Shown here: piece by piece, positions 17,322 to 25,532 of the stretch
Layout: each line of letters starts with the position of its first letter
Position numbering within the stretch: the first letter of the stretch is position 1
NCBI GenBank assembly: GCA_028713935.1
Contig: JAQTNI010000008.1
Location: forward strand, 3,846 to 35,845
Source of the DNA: Candidatus Iainarchaeum sp.
GTDB lineage: Archaea; Iainarchaeota; Iainarchaeia; Iainarchaeales; GCA-2688035
Length of the DNA: 32,000 nucleotides
Direction: 5' to 3'
Translations under genes and position numbers: made by a program
The notes under the pieces: generated by a model
Told to the model about the DNA's origin: nothing
What the model saw: the letters and a program-made list of their open reading frames with translations, nothing else
Databases searched by the model: none

Positions 17322-17857
17322 TGCAATCCCGCTGCAAAGGCTTTTTGTGAATAGCCAATCGGCAATTCAAATGTTTTTTCAGAATTTTTGGATTCGATTT
17401 TTGCTTTCAAAAAAGCATCCTTGAAAATTCCGCCAGTGAAATTGTATTCCGCAAGAGCAATGTTTTCATAATTGACAACAAGGACTTTTGAATTCAGGTT
17501 CAGGAATTCTTCGGAAACAGGCCCGTTTTTCTGGAAAAAAACAATTGCAATTCCCCTGTTTGCGGCTTCTTTTTCAGCCTGCATGAAAAAAGAAACTAAT
17601 TTTTCACTGGCTTTTTCCTTTATTTGTTCGGGATTCCTGTTTCCTTTTTCAAGCTCTGATTCCATTGTTTCCCTTATCAGAAAATCAATGTTTTCTTCAA
17701 GAACAGCCCTTTCCAAATCAAGCTTTTCAATTTCAAAGGCAATGCCTTTTGTTTCATTGAAAATGATTGATTCTCCTGTTGAGCTTGCTGCAATAGCCGC
17801 AATAATCCCGACAAAGCCCAGTGCAATCAGGAAACAAAACAACCCTTTCTTGTTCAT
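17318..17857 (-). CDS. N-terminally anchored, possibly pilin-like, hypothetical protein
   Basis: The ATG at 17857 gives MNKKG/LFCFLIALGFVGIIAAIAA, followed by a soluble domain. The track start at 17926 adds 23 unlikely residues. Confidence 0.5.
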   Translation of the reverse strand: MNKKGLFCFLIALGFVGIIAAIAASSTGESIIFNETKGIAFEIEKLDLERAVLEENIDFLIRETMESELEKGNRNPEQIKEKASEKLVSFFMQAEKEAANRGIAIVFFQKNGPVSEEFLNLNSKVLVVNYENIALAEYNFTGGIFKDAFLKAKIESKNSEKTFELPIGYSQKAFAAGLQ

Positions 17858-17931
17858 TGCAAAAAAATGCGCTTGGGAAAAATTTAAAAAACAGTTTTTT
17901 TGTTCGCTGAAAAGCGAACTCCGCAAAAGAG

Positions 17932-18474
17932 CTATTTTTCCCTTGTTTTTGCAATTAAAAAACCAATAAGGATTGACAATCCAACAATAACCACTGCAAG
18001 AACAACTATTTTTTCAAAAAGCAGTGAAGTTTGCTGTGCACCAACAATTGTTTCATTAACCCCGGTGCTTATTGTACCAAGAATCTTGTCTCCTTCGCTT
18101 TGCAATGGCATGGCAGGCGGAAAAATTTGTGCCTGCCAGAATAATCCCAAAAAAGAATAAAGAGTGGCTGCAAGCCCGAGAATTCCTGCTGCAAGCACAA
18201 TAAGAATGCTTTTTGGCTCTTCTCCGCAGAGAATTTTTTTTCCTTTTTTTGTAAGGCTGTAATATTTCCATTTCCTGCCTTCATCTGCCTGTTCCACAAG
18301 TCCTGCTTTTTCAAGGATTTCAAGGTGCTGTTTTATTGTTGGCGCAGCAAGGCTTGTTTTTTGTGCCAATTCGCTTAAAGTGTGGTTTCTTTGCTGCAAT
18401 AATTTTATGAGGCCTGTCCTTGTTTCCGATGCAAGCGCCTTGAATTCACTGCCTGAAAGAGTAATAGAATCCAT
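17932..18474 (-). CDS. Membrane-tethered ArsR-type winged-helix regulator
   Basis: FKALASETRTGLIKLLQQRNHTLSELAQKTSLAAPTIKQHLEILEKAGLV...KWKYYSLTKKGKKIL is followed by two TM segments (ILIVLAAGILGLAATLYSFLGLFW and IVVLAVVIVGLSILIGFLIA). Confidence 0.7.
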   Translation of the reverse strand: MDSITLSGSEFKALASETRTGLIKLLQQRNHTLSELAQKTSLAAPTIKQHLEILEKAGLVEQADEGRKWKYYSLTKKGKKILCGEEPKSILIVLAAGILGLAATLYSFLGLFWQAQIFPPAMPLQSEGDKILGTISTGVNETIVGAQQTSLLFEKIVVLAVVIVGLSILIGFLIAKTREK

Positions 18475-18489
18475 AACAACCAGCTTCTT

Positions 18490-18771
18490 TTAAATTATAA
18501 AAAATACTATGAATACTGCAAAAAGAATCACTGCAACTGTCCTGTTGTAATACGCAATCAGGCCAAGCACTGCAGGCGCAATTATGAAGTAAATCGCGAT
18601 TTCAGGGAATTTTGTGTAAACAAATGCCCCGAAAAAAGCGCCCAATGCAAACAACAAAAACAAAAAAGCCACAAAAGTGCTTATTTGTGCGCTTAAATAA
18701 TCCGCCAGCCCTGAAAAGCGCCTTTCAACCCAGTTCAAAGCATCTTCTTTCGGTTCAGGCTTGTCTGCCAT
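18490..18771 (-). CDS. Small membrane protein
   Basis: 93 aa with three hydrophobic helices after an acidic N-terminus (MADKPEPKEDAL). Confidence 0.5.
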   Translation of the reverse strand: MADKPEPKEDALNWVERRFSGLADYLSAQISTFVAFLFLLFALGAFFGAFVYTKFPEIAIYFIIAPAVLGLIAYYNRTVAVILFAVFIVFFII

Positions 18772-18824
18772 AAAAATCCCTTAAATAACTCCCTGTACGC
18801 GAAATTTAAAAATAATGCGCTTTC

Positions 18825-19070
18825 TTAAGGCAGCCGCTTTTCTATGCCCCTGAGCTTTTTTTCCCATTGTTTTTTTTCCTTTTTCATCCTGCCTATCTCG
18901 GCCCAAATTCTTTCAGGGCCGCCTTCCAAAACCCTTGTGATTTGCTCGTGAATGTCGGCTTCCAGGCTGCCAATCCTATCCAGAATTCTTTTTCTTTGTT
19001 CAGCCAGTTCAAAAGGCATTTGTAGTTGCCTTCTGTCGCCAGGTTTTCTGCGGGTTATTTGCTTCTGCAT
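18825..19070 (-). CDS. Small basic/coiled-coil hypothetical protein
   Basis: 81-aa ORF between co-directional genes, with a charged heptad-like sequence. No family recognised. Confidence 0.4.
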   Translation of the reverse strand: MQKQITRRKPGDRRQLQMPFELAEQRKRILDRIGSLEADIHEQITRVLEGGPERIWAEIGRMKKEKKQWEKKLRGIEKRLP

Positions 19071-19079
19071 TTTTTTACT

Positions 19080-19916
19080 TTATATTTTTTCAAAATATTT
19101 TTTCATCAGCAGTGCGTCTTCTTCAAGATTCGGGCTTTCGGAAATAATGCAGCCGGAAACATTTTTTTCCTTCAATGCTTCAAGAAGCCATTTGTAATTG
19201 AAGGAATTCCCTTTTTCCTCCATGTTCAAATGGTTTCTTTCGCCTTTTTCAGAAAAATTAATGCCCGAAGCATGCATCTGCAAATCATTCAAAAATTTTT
19301 TCGGGATTTCCTCAATTGCAATTTCAAAATCCCTTTCAGCCTTAAACCTGCAGTTTTCCCTTGCATGCAGATGCGAAAAATCAACCATTGGCTGCAGTTC
19401 CTTTAAGGCAGAGCACATTGCAATTGTTTCTTCCAAAGAACCAACCTGTGTTGGCTTTCCAGTTGTTTCCGGCGCAAGCGCAATTGCACATTTTTGCTTT
19501 TTCATTTCATCAATAATGCTTCCAATTTCCGAAATCACTTTTTCCAAAACTGTTTTTTTGTTTCCTCCCTGAAAAAAACCAGGGTGGAAAGTAACTATTT
19601 TTGCGCCTGCAATAGAGCCGATTTTTGCAGAATCCAGAATCCTTTTTTTGCTTGCTTCAAGCTTTTTTTTGTCAGAAGAATTCAGGTTAATAAAATAAGG
19701 CGCATGAACCCTGAGCAAAACATTGTTTTTTTCAGCAGCAATTTTCACCTGCCTTGCTGTTTCCTCGCCCATATGGACTCCGCGCACAAACTCCAATTCC
19801 ATTGCATCAAGGCCAAGTTTCCTCACTCTTTCAATCCCGCTTACAGAATCACTGCCCTTTGAAGAATGAGGAATTCCCGCAGTTCCAAAAATGATTTTTG
19901 AAGCCATTTTTTTCAC
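19080..19916 (-). CDS. nfo: Endonuclease IV / AP endonuclease family 2 (TIM barrel)
   Basis: GLDAMELEF, RVHAPYFINLNS, VTFHPGF, LAPETTGK and VDFSHLHAR follow the order of metal-binding motifs seen in Nfo-type enzymes. Confidence 0.8.
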   Translation of the reverse strand: MKKMASKIIFGTAGIPHSSKGSDSVSGIERVRKLGLDAMELEFVRGVHMGEETARQVKIAAEKNNVLLRVHAPYFINLNSSDKKKLEASKKRILDSAKIGSIAGAKIVTFHPGFFQGGNKKTVLEKVISEIGSIIDEMKKQKCAIALAPETTGKPTQVGSLEETIAMCSALKELQPMVDFSHLHARENCRFKAERDFEIAIEEIPKKFLNDLQMHASGINFSEKGERNHLNMEEKGNSFNYKWLLEALKEKNVSGCIISESPNLEEDALLMKKYFEKI

Positions 19917-19917
19917 T

Positions 19918-20325
19918 TCAGAGGGCTACAAGTTCTTTTGTTGTGAAAATTTTTATTGTTTTTTGCTGTTTGAAATGCTTGTCATCAGACCAAATAGGCT
20001 TGTTAAGCTCTATTGCAAGCGCAATAAAAGGCACATCGTTTTTGTCAATTTTTTCCATTATCTGCAGCGCCTTCTCAATGGATTCTTTTGAAATTTCGCT
20101 TTCCGATTTTACTGCAATTTTTGAAAGCAGCCTGTGCATCAGCAGATTGAATTCCTGTTCATTGATTCCAGCTTTCTTTTTAATCAGTGCCTTATATTTC
20201 TCGGTTTCCTTGATTCCGAATTCTATTGTGTAAAGGGGGAATCTTCCGCCTAGAATTATTTTCCTGCTTTCGCCATTTTTTACAAGCGCTGCAATTATCC
20301 TGTTGGTGTTTACAATCAAGTCCAT
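19918..20325 (-). CDS. PIN domain protein (VapC-like toxin)
   Basis: LIVNTNRIIAAL (first-strand motif, with N where D is usual), DVPFIALAIELNKPIWSDDKHF (third and fourth acidic positions). 135 aa, preceded by an overlapping small gene. Confidence 0.75.
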   Translation of the reverse strand: MDLIVNTNRIIAALVKNGESRKIILGGRFPLYTIEFGIKETEKYKALIKKKAGINEQEFNLLMHRLLSKIAVKSESEISKESIEKALQIMEKIDKNDVPFIALAIELNKPIWSDDKHFKQQKTIKIFTTKELVAL

Positions 20326-20546
20326 TTTCCGAACCTTTTTTCAAAGCGCTTCCTGATTTCAGCTTTTATTTTGTGCCCGATTTCTTCAGCGTCCTCTTCT
20401 GAAAGCCTGCTTTCTTTGAGGATTTTATCCATTATTTCAAGCTCTTTAACGCGCTCTTCAAAGGTTTCACGCGCAATGCTGCTCCAGCGAATTTCAGAAT
20501 GCTTTGCCATTTTCTCCTGCAGTTCATCAGGAATGGCCAGAGTCAT
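20316..20546 (-). CDS. Putative antitoxin (VapB-like)
   Basis: The ATG at 20546 gives MTLAIPDELQEKMAKHSEIRWSSIARETFEERVKELE..., an RHH-like N-terminus. 76 aa; the 3' end overlaps the PIN gene start by 10 nt. Confidence 0.55.
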   Translation of the reverse strand: MTLAIPDELQEKMAKHSEIRWSSIARETFEERVKELEIMDKILKESRLSEEDAEEIGHKIKAEIRKRFEKRFGKWT

Positions 20547-20702
20547 GTTGCCCAAAACAATCACCAAAATAATTATGTGAAAACACATATTTAAACATAT
20601 TGCTTTTTTTCTTTGCGCATGGCAAAACGCCTGAAGCCCTTTTTGCCCCTGTTATTTGTTTCAGGAAAAAATTTTAACTGATTGCTTTATAGTATTTTTT
20701 GC

Positions 20703-21800
20703 ATGCCAAACAATGTTTTTGAAAAATCATCAAAACTCAATCCTGTTTTCAAGGATGAGCGTTTTTTGTATCCGGAATTTGTGCCTGAAAGGCTGCCTCA
20801 CAGGGATTCTGAGATTGACGCGCTTGTTTATGCGCTCAAGCCAGTAACAGAGGGAAAAAAGCCCCAGAATGTTTTTCTTGCAGGAAAGCCGGGAACGGGG
20901 AAAACAGTGACTGCAAAGTTTGTCCTGAAAGAGCTTGAAGAATATTCCGACAGGGCAAAATTCTTGTATGTGAATTGCTTCAGGCTGAACACTCGGCATT
21001 CTGTTTTGACTGAAATTTCAAATTTTTTGGGCCTGCCTATTTCAAGGAGAGGCACTTCTTCCGATGAGGCTCTTGACTCTGTTTTGCAGGCATTCAAAAA
21101 AATTTCTTTTACGCCAATAATTATTTTTGACGAGCTTGACCAGCTTGTTTTTCAGGGAGAAGCATCAGCACTTTTTTACGATCTCCTGAGAATTTTTGAA
21201 TTCAGCAAGGCGCGCTTTGGAATAGTGATAATAAGCAACAATCCTGAAATTTTGCAGCAGCTTGATTCAAGGGTAAGAAGCAGCCTGATGCCTGAAACAA
21301 TTGCCTTTGAAACTTACAATCCGCAGCAATTGAAAGACATCCTAAAAGAAAGGGCGCAGTTTGCTTTTTTTCCCGAAGCAGTTGAAGCGGATGCAATTAG
21401 CGTGGCAGCTGCCCATGCAGCAAAGCTTGGCGGGGATGCAAGAGTTGCAATTGAATGCCTGTTAAAGGCAGGCAGGCTTGCTGAAAAGCAGAATGCAAAA
21501 AAAGTTTCTGTTGCTCACCTAAAAGAGGTTTTTTCAGGCATTGAAAACAGGGCAATGCAGAAGGCAGAGCCTTTTTTAAGCGAGCACGAAAAATTAATTC
21601 TTTCTCTTGTGCCTCCAAATGAAAAAATTTCTTCCGGTTCTTTGTACAAAAAATTTTCCTTAAAATCAGGCCAAAAAATTTCGCAAAGGAGATTCAGGGC
21701 TTTTGTTTCAGCGCTTGAAAAAAAAGGCCTTCTGGAATGCGCTTTCACTGAAAAAGGCGTGAGAGGAAGGACAAGAATGATTGCATTGAAGGCGAAATAA
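20703..21800 (+). CDS. cdc6: Orc1/Cdc6 replication initiator
   Basis: YPEFVPERLPHRDSEIDAL, Walker A GKPGTGKT, Walker B IIIFDELD, a sensor region and a C-terminal winged helix (RRFRAFVSALEKKGLLE). The ATG at 20703 is preferred over the upstream TTG. Confidence 0.9.
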   Translation: MPNNVFEKSSKLNPVFKDERFLYPEFVPERLPHRDSEIDALVYALKPVTEGKKPQNVFLAGKPGTGKTVTAKFVLKELEEYSDRAKFLYVNCFRLNTRHSVLTEISNFLGLPISRRGTSSDEALDSVLQAFKKISFTPIIIFDELDQLVFQGEASALFYDLLRIFEFSKARFGIVIISNNPEILQQLDSRVRSSLMPETIAFETYNPQQLKDILKERAQFAFFPEAVEADAISVAAAHAAKLGGDARVAIECLLKAGRLAEKQNAKKVSVAHLKEVFSGIENRAMQKAEPFLSEHEKLILSLVPPNEKISSGSLYKKFSLKSGQKISQRRFRAFVSALEKKGLLECAFTEKGVRGRTRMIALKAK

Positions 21801-21801
21801 A

Positions 21802-22383
21802 ATGGTTATTCATCCAAACAAGCCGATTATTTTCAGCGTAGTGCACGAACCTCCAAACGTCGAAGCAGCATTGGAAGAATTCAAAAAAGCGATTCAAGGC
21901 AAAAAAGTTCTTTTTATTGAATTGATGCAAAAAAGCATAGACCAGATTCTTGTGCAAGGCAAGTATAATTTCGATTTGAAAATTAAATCTTATCAACGTT
22001 TGTGTTTGGAAGCGCATCAAGCAGGGCTGAGAGTGATCCCACTGGATATTGAAGCCGGCGATATGTTCGATGTTGACTTTCGTTCTCATGGCAGAAGCAG
22101 GATTTCTTACCAACTTTTTCACAAGCGCGAGAAACATTGGTCAGAGTTACTGCGTAATGCAGAAAGCAATTCTGTTGCAGTTATGCATCCTACACATGCA
22201 TTGGAAATTGCAAGGCTGCTGAAGCTGCCTAAGGAAAATATTCTTGGAGATATTGCAATGCGGGGCCCTTCATTTTTGCTTCAAAGGGAAGTTTCAGAGC
22301 TTGAAAGAATCCGCATTGAGAAGGAAAGACTTGAAAGGAATAGGCGGCGTGCAATCGCAAGGGCAAGAAAGCCATTGGCCTGA
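21802..22383 (+). CDS. Hypothetical protein with an Arg-rich C-terminal tail, coupled to orc1/cdc6
   Basis: Starts 1 nt after the cdc6 stop. Motif order IIFSVVHEPP ... VLFIELMQ ... VAVMHPTHALEI, with tail ERNRRRAIARARKPLA. Confidence 0.55.
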   Translation: MVIHPNKPIIFSVVHEPPNVEAALEEFKKAIQGKKVLFIELMQKSIDQILVQGKYNFDLKIKSYQRLCLEAHQAGLRVIPLDIEAGDMFDVDFRSHGRSRISYQLFHKREKHWSELLRNAESNSVAVMHPTHALEIARLLKLPKENILGDIAMRGPSFLLQREVSELERIRIEKERLERNRRRAIARARKPLA

Positions 22384-22450
22384 ATTGGTTGGCAATCCGC
22401 AAGTATTAAAAAAGGAAATTATCATTACTTAATTATTCTGAGTGAATCTT

Positions 22451-23401
22451 ATGCCTGTGAAGAAGAAAAAAAAACTTTTGAGAAAAGCCAGTGCAAAATC
22501 CGTTAAGGCTCTTGCAAGCAAGACTGCGAAAGCCAGTGCTAAACTGAAAAAGACTGATTCAAAAATTAAATCTGATTTGGTAAAACTTAAGGCAGAGCTT
22601 GCAAAGCTGAAGAAAAACCCCAAGGCAAAAAAGCGCGAATTGAATGAATATAATCTTTTTATGCGCAAGCAGCTGCGCCTTGGAAAAACTTTCAAGCAGG
22701 CTGTTGCTGCCTGGAAAAGGTTCAAAAAGCTTTTGTCAAAAAGAAAGCCTTCTGCTTACAATTCTTTTATTGCTTCGCAGTTGAAGCAGGGCAGAAGTTT
22801 TCCGCAGGCAGTTGCATTTTGGAAGGCACAGAAAAAGGGCGCAAAGTTAAAGCAGAAAGTAAAAATCCGGCGCGTGGTTGTAAAAGCCAAGCCAAAGTTA
22901 AAATACAGGACTCGCATAAAAAGGGTTCTTGTAAAATCAAAGCCTAAAATAAAATACCGCATCAGGACAAGGATTATTGAGAAACCTGTCGAGCCAGCTG
23001 AAAAAACAGAAGTCATTTCCCTGCCTGTCCAGATTGAGGATATTGTTGAAAAGGTTTCAAAGAAGCTCAAATATCCTGAGCACGGCTTGCCTGTTGAGGA
23101 AATTGCTTACAGGATGCTGACTCTTTATTTTGAAGAGCTTGCAAGGCTTGGCTTGAAAAGGAATGTTTCTTTGAACGAGCTTGTTGACATTTACCAGTAT
23201 TCCCTGAACAAGATTTCCCAGAAGCTTGGGAATTCCGAAAAAAGCCTTTTGCACGAGGAAGAAATTGCCCACAGGATAGTAAAACTCTATTTTTTGGAGC
23301 TTGCAAGGTTTGGCAGGAAAAGGACAACTTCTCTGGATGAGCTTATTGACGCATACTTTTTGGTTTTATCAAAAATCGGCCCTGCGCCAAAAACAGCTTA
23401 A
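22451..23401 (+). CDS. Lys-rich protein with three sets of internal duplications (putative chromatin/DNA-binding protein)
   Basis: MPVKKKKKLLRK... The duplicated pairs are NEYNLFMRKQLRLGKTFKQAVAAWKRF / SAYNSFIASQLKQGRSFPQAVAFWKAQ, VKAKPKLKYRTRI / VKSKPKIKYRIRT, and EEIAYRMLTLYFEELARLGLKRNVSLNELVDIY / EEIAHRIVKLYFLELARFGRKRTTSLDELIDAY. Confidence 0.6.
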   Translation: MPVKKKKKLLRKASAKSVKALASKTAKASAKLKKTDSKIKSDLVKLKAELAKLKKNPKAKKRELNEYNLFMRKQLRLGKTFKQAVAAWKRFKKLLSKRKPSAYNSFIASQLKQGRSFPQAVAFWKAQKKGAKLKQKVKIRRVVVKAKPKLKYRTRIKRVLVKSKPKIKYRIRTRIIEKPVEPAEKTEVISLPVQIEDIVEKVSKKLKYPEHGLPVEEIAYRMLTLYFEELARLGLKRNVSLNELVDIYQYSLNKISQKLGNSEKSLLHEEEIAHRIVKLYFLELARFGRKRTTSLDELIDAYFLVLSKIGPAPKTA

Positions 23402-23428
23402 AGCCTTTTCCTGCACAGCAGGTTCAGT

Positions 23429-23818
23429 TTATTTTCTATTCTTCAAATAATTCCCTTTTTTCGGAATGATATTTCTTACGCCGCCTCTGGGGTCTGAAGT
23501 GTCCCCGAAATAACGTGGCATTAGGTGGATGTGCAGATGCGTTATTGTTTGCCCGGCTGCCTTTCCGTTGTTGATTCCGATATTGTAGCCATCGGGGAAA
23601 TATTTTTTGGAAAGCAGTTGTTTTGCTTTTTTCAGCAAGTCATAAAACAGTTCAAGTTCTCTGCTGTTGAAATCAAAAAAAGACTTTTTGTGCTCTTTTG
23701 GCACTATCAACATATGCCCTTTTGTTACTGGATTCAAGTCAAAAAGGCAGTAATATTGTTCATTTTCAAGTACCCCTGCTTTCTTGCAGGCTTGACTGCA
23801 AAATACGCATTCTTTCAT
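23429..23818 (-). CDS. HIT (histidine triad) family hydrolase
   Basis: Histidine triad THLHIHLMPR, GHMLIVPKEH and an N-terminal CVFC. Confidence 0.85.
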   Translation of the reverse strand: MKECVFCSQACKKAGVLENEQYYCLFDLNPVTKGHMLIVPKEHKKSFFDFNSRELELFYDLLKKAKQLLSKKYFPDGYNIGINNGKAAGQTITHLHIHLMPRYFGDTSDPRGGVRNIIPKKGNYLKNRK

Positions 23819-23833
23819 TAAACCATCTGAATG

Positions 23834-24154
23834 TCATTTTTTCAATTCTGTTATTCTAGCTTGAACAGTTCTTATTCTGTTTTTTAAGTCTACACTTTGT
23901 GAAGCTTTATCTGCCTGCAGCCGGCCTGAAATTCTTCTTTCGTCATCCCAAATGCCTTGCTGGTTTCTGGCAGGGTCTGTTCTTTTGGTTTCCCTGAGTT
24001 CTTGTATGTCGTCCAAATAATATCGCCTGCTCTGTTCGGTTTCCGCCGATTTTTGCTGCAGGCGTGCAAGCTCTGCTTCAAGCCGTCGTATCTGCCAGTT
24101 TCGCACAAAACGCGGCTTTGCTCTGCCCAAAAATCTCCTGATTCTGCCTGCCAT
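23834..24154 (-). CDS. Small Arg-rich coiled-coil hypothetical protein
   Basis: MAGRIRRFLGRAKPRFVRNWQIRRLEAELARLQQK... Starts 2 nt after the GTPase stop. Confidence 0.5.
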   Translation of the reverse strand: MAGRIRRFLGRAKPRFVRNWQIRRLEAELARLQQKSAETEQSRRYYLDDIQELRETKRTDPARNQQGIWDDERRISGRLQADKASQSVDLKNRIRTVQARITELKK

Positions 24155-24156
24155 TT

Positions 24157-25350
24157 TTATCCCTTGAAAATTATTTCTATTGCGTCCCTGTGTTTCAGCA
24201 GGTGTTCTTTGCCCACTGCTTGTTTTGTTTTTACATCAATTGCCCTGATGAAGCCTTCTCCCATTGTTGTGTGGAGCTTGAATGCAAAATCAAGAGCTGT
24301 TGAATTTGGCGGAAGCAAAAAAACATCAGGCAGAATCCTGCCTTCAGAATCCGCAAGCTTGTGGACTCCTGCGGGAAAAACAGCAAAATATTTTAACAGG
24401 TCAAAAACAGTTTTTTCAAGAACTTCCTGTATTCCTGTTGAATCGTATTTGTCAAGCACGATTTTCTGGATTGCTTCAAGAACCTGTGCCTGTTTTTCGT
24501 TTAAAGGGGAATTTTTTAAGAATTTTTCAGAGCCTGCATCATATTCTATCAGGCCTTGTTTTGTAGCCTTTTTCAATGCAAGTTCCGCAAAACCAGAACA
24601 AGGGATAATCATTGAATCAGGAAATTTTTCTTTTAACCTTTGAATATTTTTTTCCGCTGCAGGAATATCCGCCTTGTTTGCAGCAATCACAATCGGCTTT
24701 GAGGCTTCCCTCAGTCCAAAAGCAAATTCTTTCTGGTCTTGTTCTTGCCATTGCACAAGCTTTTTTTCCAACAAGCCTGTTTTTTTCAGCGCTTCTTCAA
24801 TCTGGCTTTCTTTCACTGACAAGCCGCTTAATGCCCTTGAAAAAGCCTCTAACAATTTTTGTTTTGATTCAAAAGGCGCTTTTGAAATTTTTGGCCAGTT
24901 TTTCTGCACAATTCCAAAAAACCACAGGCCTATTTCCTGTTCAAGGAATTCAACATCATTGCAGGGGTCATGGCTTCCTGCTGCAACTGGCTCTCCTTTT
25001 TCATTTGTGCTGCCAGAAGCGTCAATCACATGGATAAGCGCGTCTGCCCTGCTTAAATCAGACAAAAAAGCATTTCCCCTTCCTTTTCCTTCGGAAGCCC
25101 CCGGAACAAGGCCCGCAACATCAATCAATTCAATTGGAACAAATCTTACGTGGTTTTTGCAATAGCCAGTGCGCGGATTGCATTGCACGCCAAATTCCTT
25201 GTCAATGCATTCAACCCTTACAAATCCAATTCCCTTGTTTGGCTCTATTGTTGTGAAAGGGTAATTTGCAATTGCAACATCAATTAAGGTTGCGGCTGAA
25301 AAAAAAGTGCTTTTTCCAGAAGAAGGCTTTCCAACTACTCCAATCAGCAT
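24157..25350 (-). CDS. Obg-family GTPase, YchF/OLA1-like, with a C-terminal TGS-like domain
   Basis: G1 GKPSSGKST, G3 DVAGLVPGA and G4 NKAD. The C-terminal segment is IRAIDVKTKQAVGKEHLLKHRDAIEIIF. Confidence 0.85.
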   Translation of the reverse strand: MLIGVVGKPSSGKSTFFSAATLIDVAIANYPFTTIEPNKGIGFVRVECIDKEFGVQCNPRTGYCKNHVRFVPIELIDVAGLVPGASEGKGRGNAFLSDLSRADALIHVIDASGSTNEKGEPVAAGSHDPCNDVEFLEQEIGLWFFGIVQKNWPKISKAPFESKQKLLEAFSRALSGLSVKESQIEEALKKTGLLEKKLVQWQEQDQKEFAFGLREASKPIVIAANKADIPAAEKNIQRLKEKFPDSMIIPCSGFAELALKKATKQGLIEYDAGSEKFLKNSPLNEKQAQVLEAIQKIVLDKYDSTGIQEVLEKTVFDLLKYFAVFPAGVHKLADSEGRILPDVFLLPPNSTALDFAFKLHTTMGEGFIRAIDVKTKQAVGKEHLLKHRDAIEIIFKG

Positions 25351-25532
25351 TTTGAAACCCCAAAAATTGTATTATGTCAAATACTTAATATTATTGCATC
25401 CTGTTAACCTAACTTCTGTCAAATTCCTTTTTTGAGCATTTAAATAGGGTTATGTTATAGCATAATCTTGCTTGTGGCGCAGTAGCCCAAAATACACTGC
25501 ATTTAAGAATTGTAGTCACCTAATTATATTGT

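Noticed and set aside
20589-20702. Possible replication origin next to orc1/cdc6
   Set aside because: The intergenic region is only about 114 nt, and I could not find repeated ORB-like elements or a long AT-rich unwinding element. The gene is also flanked by a divergent TA module rather than a large non-coding region. An origin elsewhere cannot be excluded.
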